A stretch of DNA of 64,000 bases from an uncultured bacterium (GCA_963732385.1 CAVSZB010000004.1:128001-192000), one strand, 5' to 3'; shown: positions 9,995-20,777, counted from the first letter of the stretch. Numbers and translations: made by a program. The notes: a model not told the origin generated them from the letters alone.

Positions 9995-10930
9995 CTACTG
10001 CTCCGCCAGCCAGCGTTCGCATTCCAGCGCCGCCATGCAGCCGCTGCCGGCCGCGGTGACCGCCTGGCGCCAGACATGGTCCTGCACATCGCCGCAGGCG
10101 AACACTCCCGCCACGCTGGTGGCGGTCCGGCCCGGCACGGTCACGACGTAACCGTTCGCGTCCAGCTCGAGCTGCCCGTCCAGGAAGCCGGTGTTAGGCG
10201 TGTGGCCGATGGCCACGAAACAGCCGGTCACCGCCAGGTCGCGCACGGCGCCGTCGCGGGTGTCCTCCAGCCGCAGTCCGGCGAGCAGGCCTTTCGAGTC
10301 GGGCAGCAGCCCGGTCACTTTGGCGTGCCAGGCGAATTCGATCTTCGGGTGTTTGAAGGCCCGTTCCTGCATGATGCGGGAGGCGCGCAGTTCGCCCCGC
10401 CGGTGGACCAGGGTCACCCTGGCGGCGAAATTGGTGAGAAACAGCGCCTCCTCCAGCGCCGTGTCGCCTCCACCCACCACTGCGATCTCCTGGCCCCGGA
10501 AGAAGAAGCCGTCGCAGGTGGCGCAGGCAGACAGCCCCTTGCCCTGAAAAAGCGGCTCTTCCGGCAGACCGAGCCAGCGGGCCGTGGAGCCGGTGGCGAG
10601 GATGAGCGCCGGCGCCGTGTAGGTCGCCTCGTCGGTCCAGATCGTGAACGGTCGGCGCGACAGATCGACCCGTTGCGCCGTCCGTCCGACGATCTCGCAG
10701 CCGAACCGGGCTGCCTGTGCGCGGAATTTCTCCATCAGTTCCGGTCCCTGGATCCCCTCGGGAAAGCCGGGAAAATTCTCCACCTCGCTGGTGATAGTGA
10801 GTTGTCCGCCGGGCTGGGTCCCCTCGAGCACCAGGTTGGTGACGTTGGCTCGGCCCAGGTAGATGGCCGCGGTGAAGCCGGCGGGGCCGGATCCGATGAT
10901 GATGGCCTTGGGTGCCTGCGCGTTGGTCAT
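9995..10930 (-). CDS. trxB: Thioredoxin-disulfide reductase
   Basis: IGSGPAG, GGQL, CATCDG redox motif, GGGDTA.EEA, HRR, GD. Confidence 0.96.
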   Translation of the reverse strand: MTNAQAPKAIIIGSGPAGFTAAIYLGRANVTNLVLEGTQPGGQLTITSEVENFPGFPEGIQGPELMEKFRAQAARFGCEIVGRTAQRVDLSRRPFTIWTDEATYTAPALILATGSTARWLGLPEEPLFQGKGLSACATCDGFFFRGQEIAVVGGGDTALEEALFLTNFAARVTLVHRRGELRASRIMQERAFKHPKIEFAWHAKVTGLLPDSKGLLAGLRLEDTRDGAVRDLAVTGCFVAIGHTPNTGFLDGQLELDANGYVVTVPGRTATSVAGVFACGDVQDHVWRQAVTAAGSGCMAALECERWLAEQ

Positions 10931-10980
10931 GAATCCTCCAGATTCGCCGTCGGAAACATCAAATCAAGCCGAGGGGCGGG

Positions 10981-11009
10981 AGTCTAACCTCATCCCGGTC
11001 TCTGCGCAA
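10981..11009 (-). promoter_or_regulatory. Putative sigma70 promoter of trxB
   Basis: Minus strand TTGCGC-17 bp-TAGACT. Confidence 0.45.
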
Positions 11010-11067
11010 CCGCATGGATGGGGCGAGTTCTGCCGCGTCGCACCGGCGCAAGGTTCGATTCCGGGGC

Positions 11068-11096
11068 TTGACGGGGCCGCTCCGCGGTGCTATTAA
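11068..11096 (+). promoter_or_regulatory. Putative sigma70 promoter of rplU-rpmA
   Basis: TTGACG-17 bp-TATTAA with an extended -10 TG. Confidence 0.6.
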
Positions 11097-11190
11097 TTAG
11101 CGGTTCCGGCCGCCCCGGGGGCGGTCGTTGTTGTGTCTTCCCAGCCCGGTCGGCGCCCGGGGCGTCCGGCTGCGACGGCGGAGAATGCCC

Positions 11191-11505
11191 ATGTACGCGG
11201 TGGTCAAGATCAAGAACCAGCAGTTCCGGGTCGAGCCGAATCTGCGCCTGGAGGTTCCGCTCCTGGAGGCTGAGGTCGGCGCCCAGATCACGTTCGATGA
11301 GGTGCTGCTGTTCAGCGACGGCGAGCAGGTCGTGGTGGGCTCGCCCTCGGTGTCGGGTTGTACCGTGGCCGCCGAGATCCTGCGGCATGGACGCGAAGAG
11401 AAGATCATCGTTTTCAAAAAGAAGCGGCGGAAGAACTACCGGCGGACCCGCGGGCACCGGCAGCATTTCACCGAGATCCGGGTCACGAACATCGTGACGG
11501 CCTGA
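11191..11505 (+). CDS. rplU: 50S ribosomal protein L21
   Basis: MYAVV...[24 protein letters not shown]. Confidence 0.97.
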   Translation: MYAVVKIKNQQFRVEPNLRLEVPLLEAEVGAQITFDEVLLFSDGEQVVVGSPSVSGCTVAAEILRHGREEKIIVFKKKRRKNYRRTRGHRQHFTEIRVTNIVTA

Positions 11506-11548
11506 TCGGCACGACCGGCCAGGTTTCCCGGGCGAGGAGCATGAGGAC

Positions 11549-11803
11549 ATGGCGCATAAAAAAGGTGTAGGCAGTTCGCGCAACGGCCGCGACAGCAATT
11601 CGCAGCGGCTCGGTGTGAAGCGCTTCGGTGGGCAGCGTGTCCTGGCGGGGACGATTCTGGTCCGCCAGCACGGCACTCGCGTGCACCCGGGCCGGAACGT
11701 CGGGCTCGGCAGGGACTTCACCCTTTTCGCCCTGTCTGATGGCGTGGTCCTCTTCGAGACGTTCGGCAAGGGGCGCAAGCGCGTCAATATCACGCCCGCG
11801 TAG
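11549..11803 (+). CDS. rpmA: 50S ribosomal protein L27
   Basis: [24 protein letters not shown]. Confidence 0.98.
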   Translation: MAHKKGVGSSRNGRDSNSQRLGVKRFGGQRVLAGTILVRQHGTRVHPGRNVGLGRDFTLFALSDGVVLFETFGKGRKRVNITPA

Positions 11804-11829
11804 CGGGGTGTGGATAGACGGTCATTCGT

Positions 11830-11863
11830 GAACCCATCCCCCGCGGGGGATGGGTTCCGTTTT
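11830..11863 (+). terminator. Rho-independent terminator after rpmA
   Basis: GAACCCATCCCC / GGGGATGGGTTC stem followed by CGTTTT. Confidence 0.75.
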
Positions 11864-11913
11864 GAAGGCGGGCGGTGAACGCCCGCGTCGGCACGTGACA
11901 CGGGAGGCTGGCG

Positions 11914-12648
11914 GTGGCGGGGGCACTGGTGGTGATACCGGCCCGTTACGGGTCGAGCCGGTTTCCGGGCAAGGCCCTGGCCGATCTGCACGGGCGGCCG
12001 CTTGTCGTGAGGGTGGCCGAGCGGGCGGCGGCGATGCGCGAGGCCGGGGCGGTCGTGGTCGCCACGGACGACCCCCGTATCCGCGACGCGGTCGAGGCGG
12101 CCGGGTTCGTCGCAGAGCTGACCGGCGAGCACGCCACCGGCACCGACCGCGTCGGCGCGGTCGCGGCGCGCCGGATGGCGGAGTTCGTGGTGAACCTGCA
12201 GGGAGACGAACCGCTGCTCGATCCGGCCGAGGCCGATCGCCTGGTGGCGCTGCTGCGCGGTGATCCGACGGCGGGGCTCGCCACGCTGGCGCACCCGTTC
12301 GCCGACGCCGACGAATGGCGCGATCCCAACGTGGTCAAGGTTCTGCTGGATCGGCGGGGACGTGCCCTGTATTTTTCCCGTGCGCCGCTGCCCGGGATCT
12401 TCCCGGGCCGCGCGGTGCGTGGCGAGCAGCTCGCGCTACGGCACGTCGGGATCTACGCCTGGCGGCGCGCGGCACTGCTCGATTTCGTGGCCTGGCCCGC
12501 CACGCCGCTGGAGATGGCCGAGGGGCTTGAGCAGTTGCGCGCGCTCGAGCATGGGCTGCCGATCGTGGTGACGCGCACGGAATCGCGTCCGGTCGGAGTG
12601 GACACGCCGGAGGACCTGGAGCGCGTGCGCCGGCTTTGGCACGCCTGA
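11914..12648 (+). CDS. kdsB: 3-deoxy-manno-octulosonate cytidylyltransferase
   Basis: [51 protein letters not shown]. Confidence 0.96.
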   Translation: MAGALVVIPARYGSSRFPGKALADLHGRPLVVRVAERAAAMREAGAVVVATDDPRIRDAVEAAGFVAELTGEHATGTDRVGAVAARRMAEFVVNLQGDEPLLDPAEADRLVALLRGDPTAGLATLAHPFADADEWRDPNVVKVLLDRRGRALYFSRAPLPGIFPGRAVRGEQLALRHVGIYAWRRAALLDFVAWPATPLEMAEGLEQLRALEHGLPIVVTRTESRPVGVDTPEDLERVRRLWHA

Positions 12649-12679
12649 GCTGCGGGGCGGAGGGCGCACGGAGGTGGCG

Positions 12680-14320
12680 ATGACGAAATTCGTGTTCGTG
12701 ACCGGCGGTGTCGTGTCGGCCCTCGGCAAGGGGATCGCCAGCGCCTCGCTCGGCCGCCTGCTCAAGTCGCGCGGGCTGCGGGTCGTTTTGCAGAAATTCG
12801 ATCCTTACCTGAACGTCGACCCCGGCACGATGAGCCCCTACCAGCACGGCGAGGTCTACGTCACCGACGACGGCGCCGAGGCCGACCTCGATCTGGGGCA
12901 CTACGAGCGCTTTACCGATACGAACGTGGCGCGGATCAACAACCTCACGAGCGGCCAGGTCTACGACACGATCATCACGCGCGAGCGCAAGGGGGAGTAC
13001 CTCGGGCGCACCGTGCAGGTGATTCCCCACGTCACCGACGAGATCAAACGGCGGATTCTGCTGCCGGCTGAGCGCGGCGACGTGGACGTGGTCATCACGG
13101 AAATCGGTGGCACGGTGGGCGACATCGAATCGCTGCCTTTTCTCGAGGCGATCCGCCAGTTCCGTCTCGAACGGCCGCCGGAGGACACCGCTTCGATCCA
13201 TCTCACGCTGGTGCCCTACATCGAGGCGGCCGGGGAGATCAAGACGAAGCCGACGCAGCACTCCGTGCGCGAACTGCGCAGCATCGGCATCCAGCCCGAC
13301 TTCCTGATCTGCCGGGCCCGCGACCCGCTCACCGATGAGGCGCGCCGCAAGATCGCCCTGTTCTGCAACCTGTCGCCGCAGTACGTCATGGACGGGCCCG
13401 ACGCGCGTTCGATCTACGAAGTGCCGCTCAATTTCCACCGCCAGGATTTCGACACGCTGCTCTGCCGACGGCTTGGACTGGATCCCCCGCCGGCCGATCT
13501 GGCCGAGTGGGAGCGCATGCTGGAGGTGCTGCTCAATCCGTCGGCCCGCGTGCGCATCGCGATCGTGGGCAAGTATGTGGAACTGCATGATGCCTACAAG
13601 AGCATCATCGAGGCCTTCATCCACGCCGGGATTCCCACCCAGGTGCACGTGGAGCAGGTCTGGGTCGATGCCACGAGTCTCGAGGGGGCAGAGGTCGACG
13701 CGCAGCGGCTGGCCGAGGTGTTCGACGGGTGCCACGGCATTCTGGTGCCGGGAGGGTTCGGAGATCGTGGCATTCTGGGCAAGGTGGCGGCGATCCGCTA
13801 TGCGCGCGAGCGGCGGCTGCCGTTCTTCGGCATCTGCCTCGGCCTGCAGTGCGCCATGATCGAGTTCGGTCGCGATGTGGCCGGACTGCCGCTGGCCAAC
13901 AGCAGCGAGTTCGATCCCCAGACGCCGCATCCCGTGATCGACCTGATGTGCGAGCAGCGCGCGGTCGACCGGCTTGGCGGCACGATGCGCCTCGGCGCCT
14001 ACCCCTGCCATCTCGAACCGGGGACGCTGGCCGCGCGCTGCTACGGCGCGTCGGAGATCAGCGAGCGCCATCGACATCGCTATGAGGTGAACAACCGCTA
14101 CCGGGCGGCGTTCGTCCAGGCCGGTTTAGTCTTCTCCGGCACTTCGCCCGACGGCCAGCTCGTGGAGATTCTCGAATTGCCCGCGCACCCCTTCTTCATC
14201 GCCGTCCAGTTCCACCCGGAACTGCAGTCGCGACCCAACCGGCCGCACCCCCTGTTCCGCGAGTTCGTGGGGGCCGCGGTCGCCCACCAGAACCAGGCGC
14301 GGGCCGCGGCCGCGCGCTGA
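12680..14320 (+). CDS. pyrG: CTP synthase
   Basis: [49 protein letters not shown]. Confidence 0.98.
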   Translation: MTKFVFVTGGVVSALGKGIASASLGRLLKSRGLRVVLQKFDPYLNVDPGTMSPYQHGEVYVTDDGAEADLDLGHYERFTDTNVARINNLTSGQVYDTIITRERKGEYLGRTVQVIPHVTDEIKRRILLPAERGDVDVVITEIGGTVGDIESLPFLEAIRQFRLERPPEDTASIHLTLVPYIEAAGEIKTKPTQHSVRELRSIGIQPDFLICRARDPLTDEARRKIALFCNLSPQYVMDGPDARSIYEVPLNFHRQDFDTLLCRRLGLDPPPADLAEWERMLEVLLNPSARVRIAIVGKYVELHDAYKSIIEAFIHAGIPTQVHVEQVWVDATSLEGAEVDAQRLAEVFDGCHGILVPGGFGDRGILGKVAAIRYARERRLPFFGICLGLQCAMIEFGRDVAGLPLANSSEFDPQTPHPVIDLMCEQRAVDRLGGTMRLGAYPCHLEPGTLAARCYGASEISERHRHRYEVNNRYRAAFVQAGLVFSGTSPDGQLVEILELPAHPFFIAVQFHPELQSRPNRPHPLFREFVGAAVAHQNQARAAAAR

Positions 14321-14339
14321 GGGGCGGCGGGAGGTCGGC

Positions 14340-15203
14340 ATGGTTAAAAGCGAAACCAGGGCCGGCGGCGACGGCGCCGCCGCAGTGACGCTGCGTGGCC
14401 GGCGGATCGGCTCCGGCGAACCGCTGTTCGTGATCGCCGGGCCGTGCGTGCTCGAGGACCCCGACGCGATGCTCCGGCTCGCCGGCGAACTCGCGGCCGT
14501 CTGCGCGCGGTACGGACTCGGCTACTGTTTCAAGGCGAGCTACCTGAAGGACAATCGCACCAGCGGTGCCTCCCCGCGCGGCCCCGGCCCGGAGGAGGGG
14601 CTGCGGCTGCTCGCCCGCATCGGCGACGCGCACGGCGTGCCGCTGCTCACCGACGTGCACCACCCCGACGAGGCCGCGGCTGCGGCCGAGGTCGTGGACA
14701 TCCTGCAGATCCCCGCCTTCCTCTGCCGCCAGACCTCGCTGCTCGAGGCTGCCGGACGGACGGGGCGGCTGGTGAACGTCAAGAAGGGGCAGTTCCTGGC
14801 CCCGGCGGATCTCGGCCACGCGGCGGCGAAAGTGCGGGGGGCCGGCTGCCCGGGCGTGCTCGCCACCGAGCGCGGCTCGTTCTTCGGCTATCGTGACCTC
14901 GTGGTGGACTTCCGCGCGGTGCCGCTCCTGCACCGGCTCGGCCTGCCGGTAGTGATGGACGCCACCCATGCGGTGCAGTCGCCCGGCAGCACGGGAACCG
15001 TCACCGGCGGCGCGCCGGAAATGATTCCGCTCTACGTGCGCTGCGGCATGGCGGCGGGCGCCGACGCCCTGTTCCTCGAGGTGCATCCCGATCCGCCGCG
15101 CGCGCTCAGCGACGCCGCGAGCCAGCTGCCGCTGCCGGCGTTCGCCGGCCTCGTCGAACAGGCGCGGCGCTTCCGCGATCTCTACCGGGAGTGCGTGTCG
15201 TGA
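14340..15203 (+). CDS. kdsA: KDO-8-phosphate synthase (metal-dependent type)
   Basis: IAGPCVLE, KAS..K.NRTS, QIPAFLCRQT, NVKKGQF, ERG, DATH, FLEVHP.P..A.SD. Confidence 0.93.
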   Translation: MVKSETRAGGDGAAAVTLRGRRIGSGEPLFVIAGPCVLEDPDAMLRLAGELAAVCARYGLGYCFKASYLKDNRTSGASPRGPGPEEGLRLLARIGDAHGVPLLTDVHHPDEAAAAAEVVDILQIPAFLCRQTSLLEAAGRTGRLVNVKKGQFLAPADLGHAAAKVRGAGCPGVLATERGSFFGYRDLVVDFRAVPLLHRLGLPVVMDATHAVQSPGSTGTVTGGAPEMIPLYVRCGMAAGADALFLEVHPDPPRALSDAASQLPLPAFAGLVEQARRFRDLYRECVS

Positions 15204-15841
15204 GCCGACAGCCGTGGCCGCCGCGCACCCCTGAGGCCTACCGGCGCGAGGCGGGCACCGCGCTCGATCCGTCGTTGCATGCCCTCTTCGCCGCTGTCCA
15301 CCTGCTCGTGCTCGATGCTGACGGCGTGCTGACGCCGGCCAACATTCTCTACGGGCCCGAGGGCGAGGCGCTCAAGGAGTTCGACAGCCGCGACGGCTTC
15401 GGCCTGGTTCAGGCGCACGCCGCCGGGCTGAAGCTGGCCCTGTTGACCGGACGCCAGAGCCGCATCGCGGAGCGGCGCTGCCGCGATCTCGGATTCGATG
15501 TCATCAAGCTCGGTCGCTTCGACAAGGTGGCGGCCCTGCGCGAGATCCTGGCGGAGACCGGCTGCGCGGCTCCGGAGACCTGCTACGTCGGCGATGACGT
15601 GATCGATATTCCAGCCCTCGACGCCGTCGGCCTGTCGGTGACCGTGCCGGCGGCGCCGGCCGAGGTGCGGGAGCGGAGCCGCTACGTGACCCGCGCCGCG
15701 GGCGGGCGTGGCGCTGTGCGCGAGGTGACCGATCTGGTACTCAAGCTGCGCGGCCTCTACGGTCCGGCCCTGGTGCGCCTGTCCGCGGCGCCGGAGCCGT
15801 TCGCCGTCACTGACCCCCAACCGGAGGCGCCAGGCTCGTGA
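15200..15841 (+). CDS. kdsC: KDO-8-phosphate phosphatase (HAD)
   Basis: LDADGVLT, F..RDG.G, YVGDD.ID, GGRGAVREV. Confidence 0.9.
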   Translation: MSRQPWPPRTPEAYRREAGTALDPSLHALFAAVHLLVLDADGVLTPANILYGPEGEALKEFDSRDGFGLVQAHAAGLKLALLTGRQSRIAERRCRDLGFDVIKLGRFDKVAALREILAETGCAAPETCYVGDDVIDIPALDAVGLSVTVPAAPAEVRERSRYVTRAAGGRGAVREVTDLVLKLRGLYGPALVRLSAAPEPFAVTDPQPEAPGS

Positions 15842-16839
15842 GCGACCATCTCCTGCCGCTCGATGAGACCGCGGTACTGGCCGCGGGGCGGCGCACGTTT
15901 GTCGCCGAGGCGGACGCATTGGTCGTCGTGGGGGAGCGGCTCGACGCCGCCTTTGTCAGGGCGATAAGGGTGATGCTCGACTGCCGCGGCAGCGTGCTGG
16001 TGACCGGGTTGGGCAAGTCTGGACTGGTGGCGCGCAAGGTGGCGGCGACGCTGACCGCCACCGGTACGCCGAGTGTCTTCATCCATCCGGTCGAGGCGAC
16101 GCACGGCGATCTCGGCATCGTGCGGCGGGGCGACGTGCTGATCGCGATCTCGCGCAGCGGGCACAACCGCGAAGTGAACGGCCTGATCGGGCCGTCCCGG
16201 CAGCTCGGCATGACGGTGATCGCGATCACCGGGCAGCCGGAATCGGAGCTGGCCCGGCTGAGCGACATCGTGCTGCTCTGCCCCGTCGCGCGCGAGGCCT
16301 GTCCGCTGAATCTTACGCCCACCAGCAGCGCCACCGCCGCCTCCGTGATGGGCGATGCCCTGGCGATGAGCCTGCTCGATCTGCGCGGTTTCACGGCGCA
16401 GGACTTCGCCGCCTTCCACCCGAGCGGGGTGCTGGGACGGTCGCTGCTCGTGCGGGTGCGCGAGTTGATGCACACCGGCGACCAGTTGCCGGTCGTCTCC
16501 CATCGCTTCACGCTGCGGGACTCGCTGCCGGAAATCGTGGACAAGCGGCTCGGAGGAGTCTGCGTGGTGGATGACGACGGCCGGCTGCTCGGGCTCTGCG
16601 TGGACGGTGACGTCAAGCGAGCCCTGCTCGCGCGGGAGGATGCGCTCGGCCGCCCGATCACCGAATCGATGAATCCGCTCCCGACCACGGTCGATCCGGA
16701 CGCCCTCGCCCTGTCAGCCCTGCGGTTGATGGAGGCGCGGCCTGAGGGGCCGGTCACCCTGCTCATCGCTGTCGACGCGGAGCGTCGTCCGCTCGGTCTG
16801 CTGCATATCCACGATGTCCTGCGCGCCGGACTGCTTTGA
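15838..16839 (+). CDS. kdsD: Arabinose-5-phosphate isomerase (SIS plus CBS)
   Basis: GLGKSGLVARK, HP.EA.HGDLG, PTSS, FHP.G.LG; C-terminal CBS pair. Confidence 0.93.
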   Translation: MSDHLLPLDETAVLAAGRRTFVAEADALVVVGERLDAAFVRAIRVMLDCRGSVLVTGLGKSGLVARKVAATLTATGTPSVFIHPVEATHGDLGIVRRGDVLIAISRSGHNREVNGLIGPSRQLGMTVIAITGQPESELARLSDIVLLCPVAREACPLNLTPTSSATAASVMGDALAMSLLDLRGFTAQDFAAFHPSGVLGRSLLVRVRELMHTGDQLPVVSHRFTLRDSLPEIVDKRLGGVCVVDDDGRLLGLCVDGDVKRALLAREDALGRPITESMNPLPTTVDPDALALSALRLMEARPEGPVTLLIAVDAERRPLGLLHIHDVLRAGLL

Positions 16840-16852
16840 TCCATGTCGTTTC

Positions 16853-16889
16853 TTGACAACATCCTGCGGACGTGGCACAAATTGTGCAT
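16853..16889 (+). promoter_or_regulatory. Internal promoter: sigma70 -35 TTGACA whose -10 region is overlapped by a sigma54 -24/-12 site
   Basis: TTGACA at 16853-16858; TGGCACAAATTGTGCAT at 16873-16889 (GG-N10-GC; contains palindrome GCACAA-A-TTGTGC). Confidence 0.55.
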
Positions 16890-16911
16890 CGTGCCCGCCC
16901 CTCCCGGTGCC

Positions 16912-17889
16912 ATGACCGGAGCGGAGAGGGGGAGGCCGCTGCCGCCATGGTGGCGCCGCTGGCGACGGCGCGGCTACTTCGTCCTTGCGCGAGTGTTGCT
17001 GACGATGGCGAGGGCGGTGCCGCTGCCGGTGGGGCGTACGGCGGGGGCGGGGCTGGGCGCGCTGGCGCTGCGGGTGAGGCCGCGAGAGCGGGAACGCGCC
17101 CGGGCGAATCTGGCGCTGGCCCTGCCGGAGTTGTCTGCCGGCGCGCGGGAGGCGCTCCTGAAACGGGCCGCGGAGGCCCTCGGAGCGAATCTGCACGACA
17201 CGCTGGCGCTCGAACGGCTGGCGGCCGGTGGCTACGCCGGCGTGGAGGGGGCGGAGGCCGCGGCCACTGCCCGCGCCCTGCTGGCGGAGGGGCGGGGGCT
17301 GCTGATCCTGACCGGCCACCTCGGTTGCTGGGAGTTGCTCGGTGGCTGGCTGGCGCGGGAACTTGGCGGGCTGGCGGTGGTAACCGGCACGATTCACAAC
17401 GCGCCGTTCGATCGCCTGGTGAACGACCGTCGTCGTCGTCTCGGCCTGACTCCGCTGCCGCGGGAAGGGGATCTGCGGCCGCTGCTGCGGGTGCTGCGCG
17501 GTGGTGGCGCGCTGGCGGTGCTTCTGGATCAGAATTCGCCGGTTTTGAACGTTCAGGTGCCTTTCTTTGGTCGACCGGCGCCCACGGCCGCGGGTTTTGC
17601 GCGGCTGGCGCTGCGGACTGGCGCGCCGGTTTTGCCGCTGTCGATTCGTCGGGACGGGCCCGGGCACTGCGTGGAACAGCTGCCGCCGCTGAGGCCGCAG
17701 GGCGGAACGGATGAGGGGGCGGTATATTCATGTCTGACTCAGTGCAACGCCGCCCTCGAGACCCTGATCCGGCGCGCGCCGGCCGAATGGGTATGGTTTC
17801 ATGCGCGCTGGCAGGGGCGGGGGCCGGAAGCGGAGACGACATGCCTGACCAGCGCAGCGCCGCCCGGATCTGGTCGGCCGCCAGCCTGA
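16912..17889 (+). CDS. Lipid A late acyltransferase (LpxL/HtrB family)
   Basis: LTGHLGCWEL (H-x4-E), LLDQ, VPFFG.PA, P.EWVWFH.RW. ATG 16912 preferred because 16843-16911 looks like a promoter. Confidence 0.85.
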   Translation: MTGAERGRPLPPWWRRWRRRGYFVLARVLLTMARAVPLPVGRTAGAGLGALALRVRPRERERARANLALALPELSAGAREALLKRAAEALGANLHDTLALERLAAGGYAGVEGAEAAATARALLAEGRGLLILTGHLGCWELLGGWLARELGGLAVVTGTIHNAPFDRLVNDRRRRLGLTPLPREGDLRPLLRVLRGGGALAVLLDQNSPVLNVQVPFFGRPAPTAAGFARLALRTGAPVLPLSIRRDGPGHCVEQLPPLRPQGGTDEGAVYSCLTQCNAALETLIRRAPAEWVWFHARWQGRGPEAETTCLTSAAPPGSGRPPA

Positions 17890-18428
17890 CCCTGCTGTTG
17901 ATCCTCGCGGCGGGCGGCTGCGGCCGGGAGCCGGAGCCGGCCGCCGGACCGGCGGTGCCCGCCCGCCTGCCCGAACAGGAGATTCTGGACTACCGTCTCA
18001 TCCAGACCGAAGCGGGGGTACGGCGCTGGACCCTGAACAGCGAACGGATGCGCAAGTACGCGGATCAGGTCGAAGTTGAACTGGACGAGCCGCGCATGGA
18101 GTTCTACCGCGCAGGAGTCTACTACTCCACCTTGACCGCCCGCCATGGTCGGGCCAATCTGGATGGCAGAAACATGTTCGCCAAGGGCGGGGTGGTCGTG
18201 GTGACAACCGACGGCCGGCGTCTCGAGACGGAGGAGATAAACTACGACAACGGCACCGGGCGCATCACGAACACGGTCTTCAACCGCTTCACGCGTGGCG
18301 GTGACGTGGTGACGGGGTACGGACTCGACGCCAGCCCGGACCTCGAGCATTTCGAGTTGCGCGGGCGGGTGGTCGCCGAGGTCAGCGACACGCTCGGGAC
18401 GGTCACGCCGGCGGGGCGGGCGCCATGA
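17841..18428 (+). CDS. lptC: LPS export periplasmic protein LptC
   Basis: N-terminal anchor with possible lipobox AGGC; beta-jellyroll-like (G.VVV...DG..L.TEE..YD); directly before lptB. Confidence 0.75.
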   Translation: MPDQRSAARIWSAASLTLLLILAAGGCGREPEPAAGPAVPARLPEQEILDYRLIQTEAGVRRWTLNSERMRKYADQVEVELDEPRMEFYRAGVYYSTLTARHGRANLDGRNMFAKGGVVVVTTDGRRLETEEINYDNGTGRITNTVFNRFTRGGDVVTGYGLDASPDLEHFELRGRVVAEVSDTLGTVTPAGRAP

Positions 18429-19186
18429 ACCGGATCCCGGCCTCCGTCGAGGCGATCGCTCCGCCGATCGTGCTGGCGGCAAGGAACCTGCGCAAGACCT
18501 ACCGTGGCCGGGCCGTCGTGGACGACGTCGATCTGGAGTTGCGCCCGGGCGAGGTGACCGGTCTGCTGGGCCCCAACGGCGCCGGCAAGACGACCACTTT
18601 CTATATTATTGTCGGGTTCATCCGTCCCGACGGCGGTACGGTCACCCTGGGCGAGCGGAACATTTCGCGGCTTCCCATGTACCGCCGGGCGCGGCTGGGG
18701 ATCGGCTACCTGCCGCAGGAGGCGTCGATCTTCCGGAAGATGACCGTGGAGGAGAATATCCTGGCGATCCTCGAGACGCTGCCCCTGTCCCGGCAGGTGC
18801 GCCACGAACGGCTGGAGGCGCTGTTGGCCGAGATGGGCATCGAACAGGTCCGTCGCAGCCGCGGCTATCAGCTTTCGGGCGGCGAGCGGCGGCGTGTGGA
18901 GATCGCGCGCGCGCTCACCACCGAACCGCGCTTCATGCTGCTCGACGAGCCATTCGCCGGGATCGACCCGATCGCGGTGGCCGACCTGCAGCGCAGCGTG
19001 GCCAAGCTGCGGGCGCGTGGCCTGGGGGTCCTGATCACCGATCACAACGTACGGGAGACGCTGAGCATCACCGACCGCGCCTATGTCATGTTCGAGGGAC
19101 GGATCGCGCTGTCCGGCACGCCCGACGAAATCGTCGGCAACGCGCGGGCGCGCGAGGTCTACCTCGGCGATTCGTTTCGTCTCTAA
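18425..19186 (+). CDS. lptB: LPS export ABC transporter ATPase
   Basis: [48 protein letters not shown]. Confidence 0.97.
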   Translation: MNRIPASVEAIAPPIVLAARNLRKTYRGRAVVDDVDLELRPGEVTGLLGPNGAGKTTTFYIIVGFIRPDGGTVTLGERNISRLPMYRRARLGIGYLPQEASIFRKMTVEENILAILETLPLSRQVRHERLEALLAEMGIEQVRRSRGYQLSGGERRRVEIARALTTEPRFMLLDEPFAGIDPIAVADLQRSVAKLRARGLGVLITDHNVRETLSITDRAYVMFEGRIALSGTPDEIVGNARAREVYLGDSFRL

Positions 19187-19228
19187 CGCCGCGTCGCGCG
19201 CGGCCGTCCGGTCCGGGAGAGCACGTCC

Positions 19229-20746
19229 ATGAATATGAATCTGAGCCTGCGCCAGGGCATGCATCTGCGTCAGCAGCTGGTCATGACCGTGCGCCTGCAG
19301 CAGGCTCTCAAGCTTCTCCAGGTGCCGACCCTGGAGTTGGAACAGATCCTCCGGTTGGAACTGCAGATCAACCCCCTGCTCGAAGAGATCGATTTTGCCG
19401 AGGAAGAGGAGGAGGAGGGGGGGAGCGAGGCGTCCGCCGCCGGCGAGGACGATGGTGAAGAGGGAGCCCTGGCCGGGGCCGAAGAGGCCGCCGGCGCCTC
19501 GGCCGACGACGCGGGCGAGGAGGCGGCCGAGGCCGCCGCGGCGGAAACCACCGGCGCCAGCGAGGATTCGCCGGAGCCGGTCGACTGGGACGAGTACTTC
19601 AAGGACGGATTCATCGCCGAGCATCTCGAGCCGGAGACGGCTGAGGAGGATCTTTTCGAGCGACTCCCGGTCTATGTGCCGAGCGGACAACAGTCGCTGC
19701 TCGATCAGCTCCAGTTCGCCGTGTCCGAGCCTCTCGATCGCCGGATCGGCGAGTACATCATCGGCAGTCTCAACGGCGACGGATACCTGACCGCGCCGGT
19801 GGGCGAGATCGCCGCGTTTTTCGAAACGGATGAGGCGCGGGTCGCGCGCGTGCTGGCGCTGATCCAGGAGTTCGATCCGCCCGGCGTGGCGGCGCGCGAT
19901 CTGCGGGAATGCCTCCTGCTGCAACTCCGGACGAAGGGACGGTCCGATTCTCCGGAAGCGACAATAATCAGCAATCACTTCGATGCGCTCAAGACCCGCA
20001 AGTTCGGCGACATCGCGCGCGAGATGCACATCACGGTGCAGGAGGTACAGGCGATCGCCGAGCGCATCGGCGAACTCGATCCCAAGCCGGGGATGGCGAG
20101 CGAGAGCGAAGGGGCGCGCTACATTGTGCCCGATCTGGTGGTGCAGGAAGTCGATGGCGAATATGTGGTCTATCTGAACGATGGCAACATTCCGCGCCTG
20201 CGCGTGAGCAAGGCCTACGAGAACCAGAAGCTGCAGGGTCCCGATCGCGACAACCAGACCGTGCAGTTCATCGACGAGAAGAAGCGGTATGCTGAGTGGA
20301 TCATCAAGACCATCGAACAGCGACGCCGCACGATGATCAAGGTGATGGAGGCGATCGTTGTCCAACAGTCGGCCTTCTTCGAACAGGGCGCCATCGCTCT
20401 GCGGCCGCTGACGCTGCAGCAGGTGGCCAATGTCATCGGCATGCACGAATCGACGGTCTCGCGGGTGACGAAACAGAAGTTCGTGCAGACCCCGCGCGGT
20501 GTCTTTCCCCTCAAGTACTTCTTCTCGGCCGGGCTCGATGCCGGGGATGGGGAAGAGATCGGCGCCAAGGCGGTGAAGGAGATGATCAGGAATATCGTTG
20601 CGGCTGAATCTCCGAAGCGACCGTTGTCTGACAAGAAGATCGTGGACCTGCTCGCGCAGCGCGACCTTACCATCGCGCGCCGGACGGTGGCCAAGTATCG
20701 TGAACAGCTGGGCATCCTGTCCGCGCGCATGCGCAAACAGTTCTGA
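19229..20746 (+). CDS. rpoN: RNA polymerase sigma-54 factor
   Basis: Gln/Leu-rich region I, acidic region II, HESTVSR HTH, RpoN box ARRTVAKYRE. Confidence 0.98.
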   Translation: MNMNLSLRQGMHLRQQLVMTVRLQQALKLLQVPTLELEQILRLELQINPLLEEIDFAEEEEEEGGSEASAAGEDDGEEGALAGAEEAAGASADDAGEEAAEAAAAETTGASEDSPEPVDWDEYFKDGFIAEHLEPETAEEDLFERLPVYVPSGQQSLLDQLQFAVSEPLDRRIGEYIIGSLNGDGYLTAPVGEIAAFFETDEARVARVLALIQEFDPPGVAARDLRECLLLQLRTKGRSDSPEATIISNHFDALKTRKFGDIAREMHITVQEVQAIAERIGELDPKPGMASESEGARYIVPDLVVQEVDGEYVVYLNDGNIPRLRVSKAYENQKLQGPDRDNQTVQFIDEKKRYAEWIIKTIEQRRRTMIKVMEAIVVQQSAFFEQGAIALRPLTLQQVANVIGMHESTVSRVTKQKFVQTPRGVFPLKYFFSAGLDAGDGEEIGAKAVKEMIRNIVAAESPKRPLSDKKIVDLLAQRDLTIARRTVAKYREQLGILSARMRKQF

Positions 20747-20777
20747 GGGACAGGGGCGAATCCGGCAAGGAGGAAGC

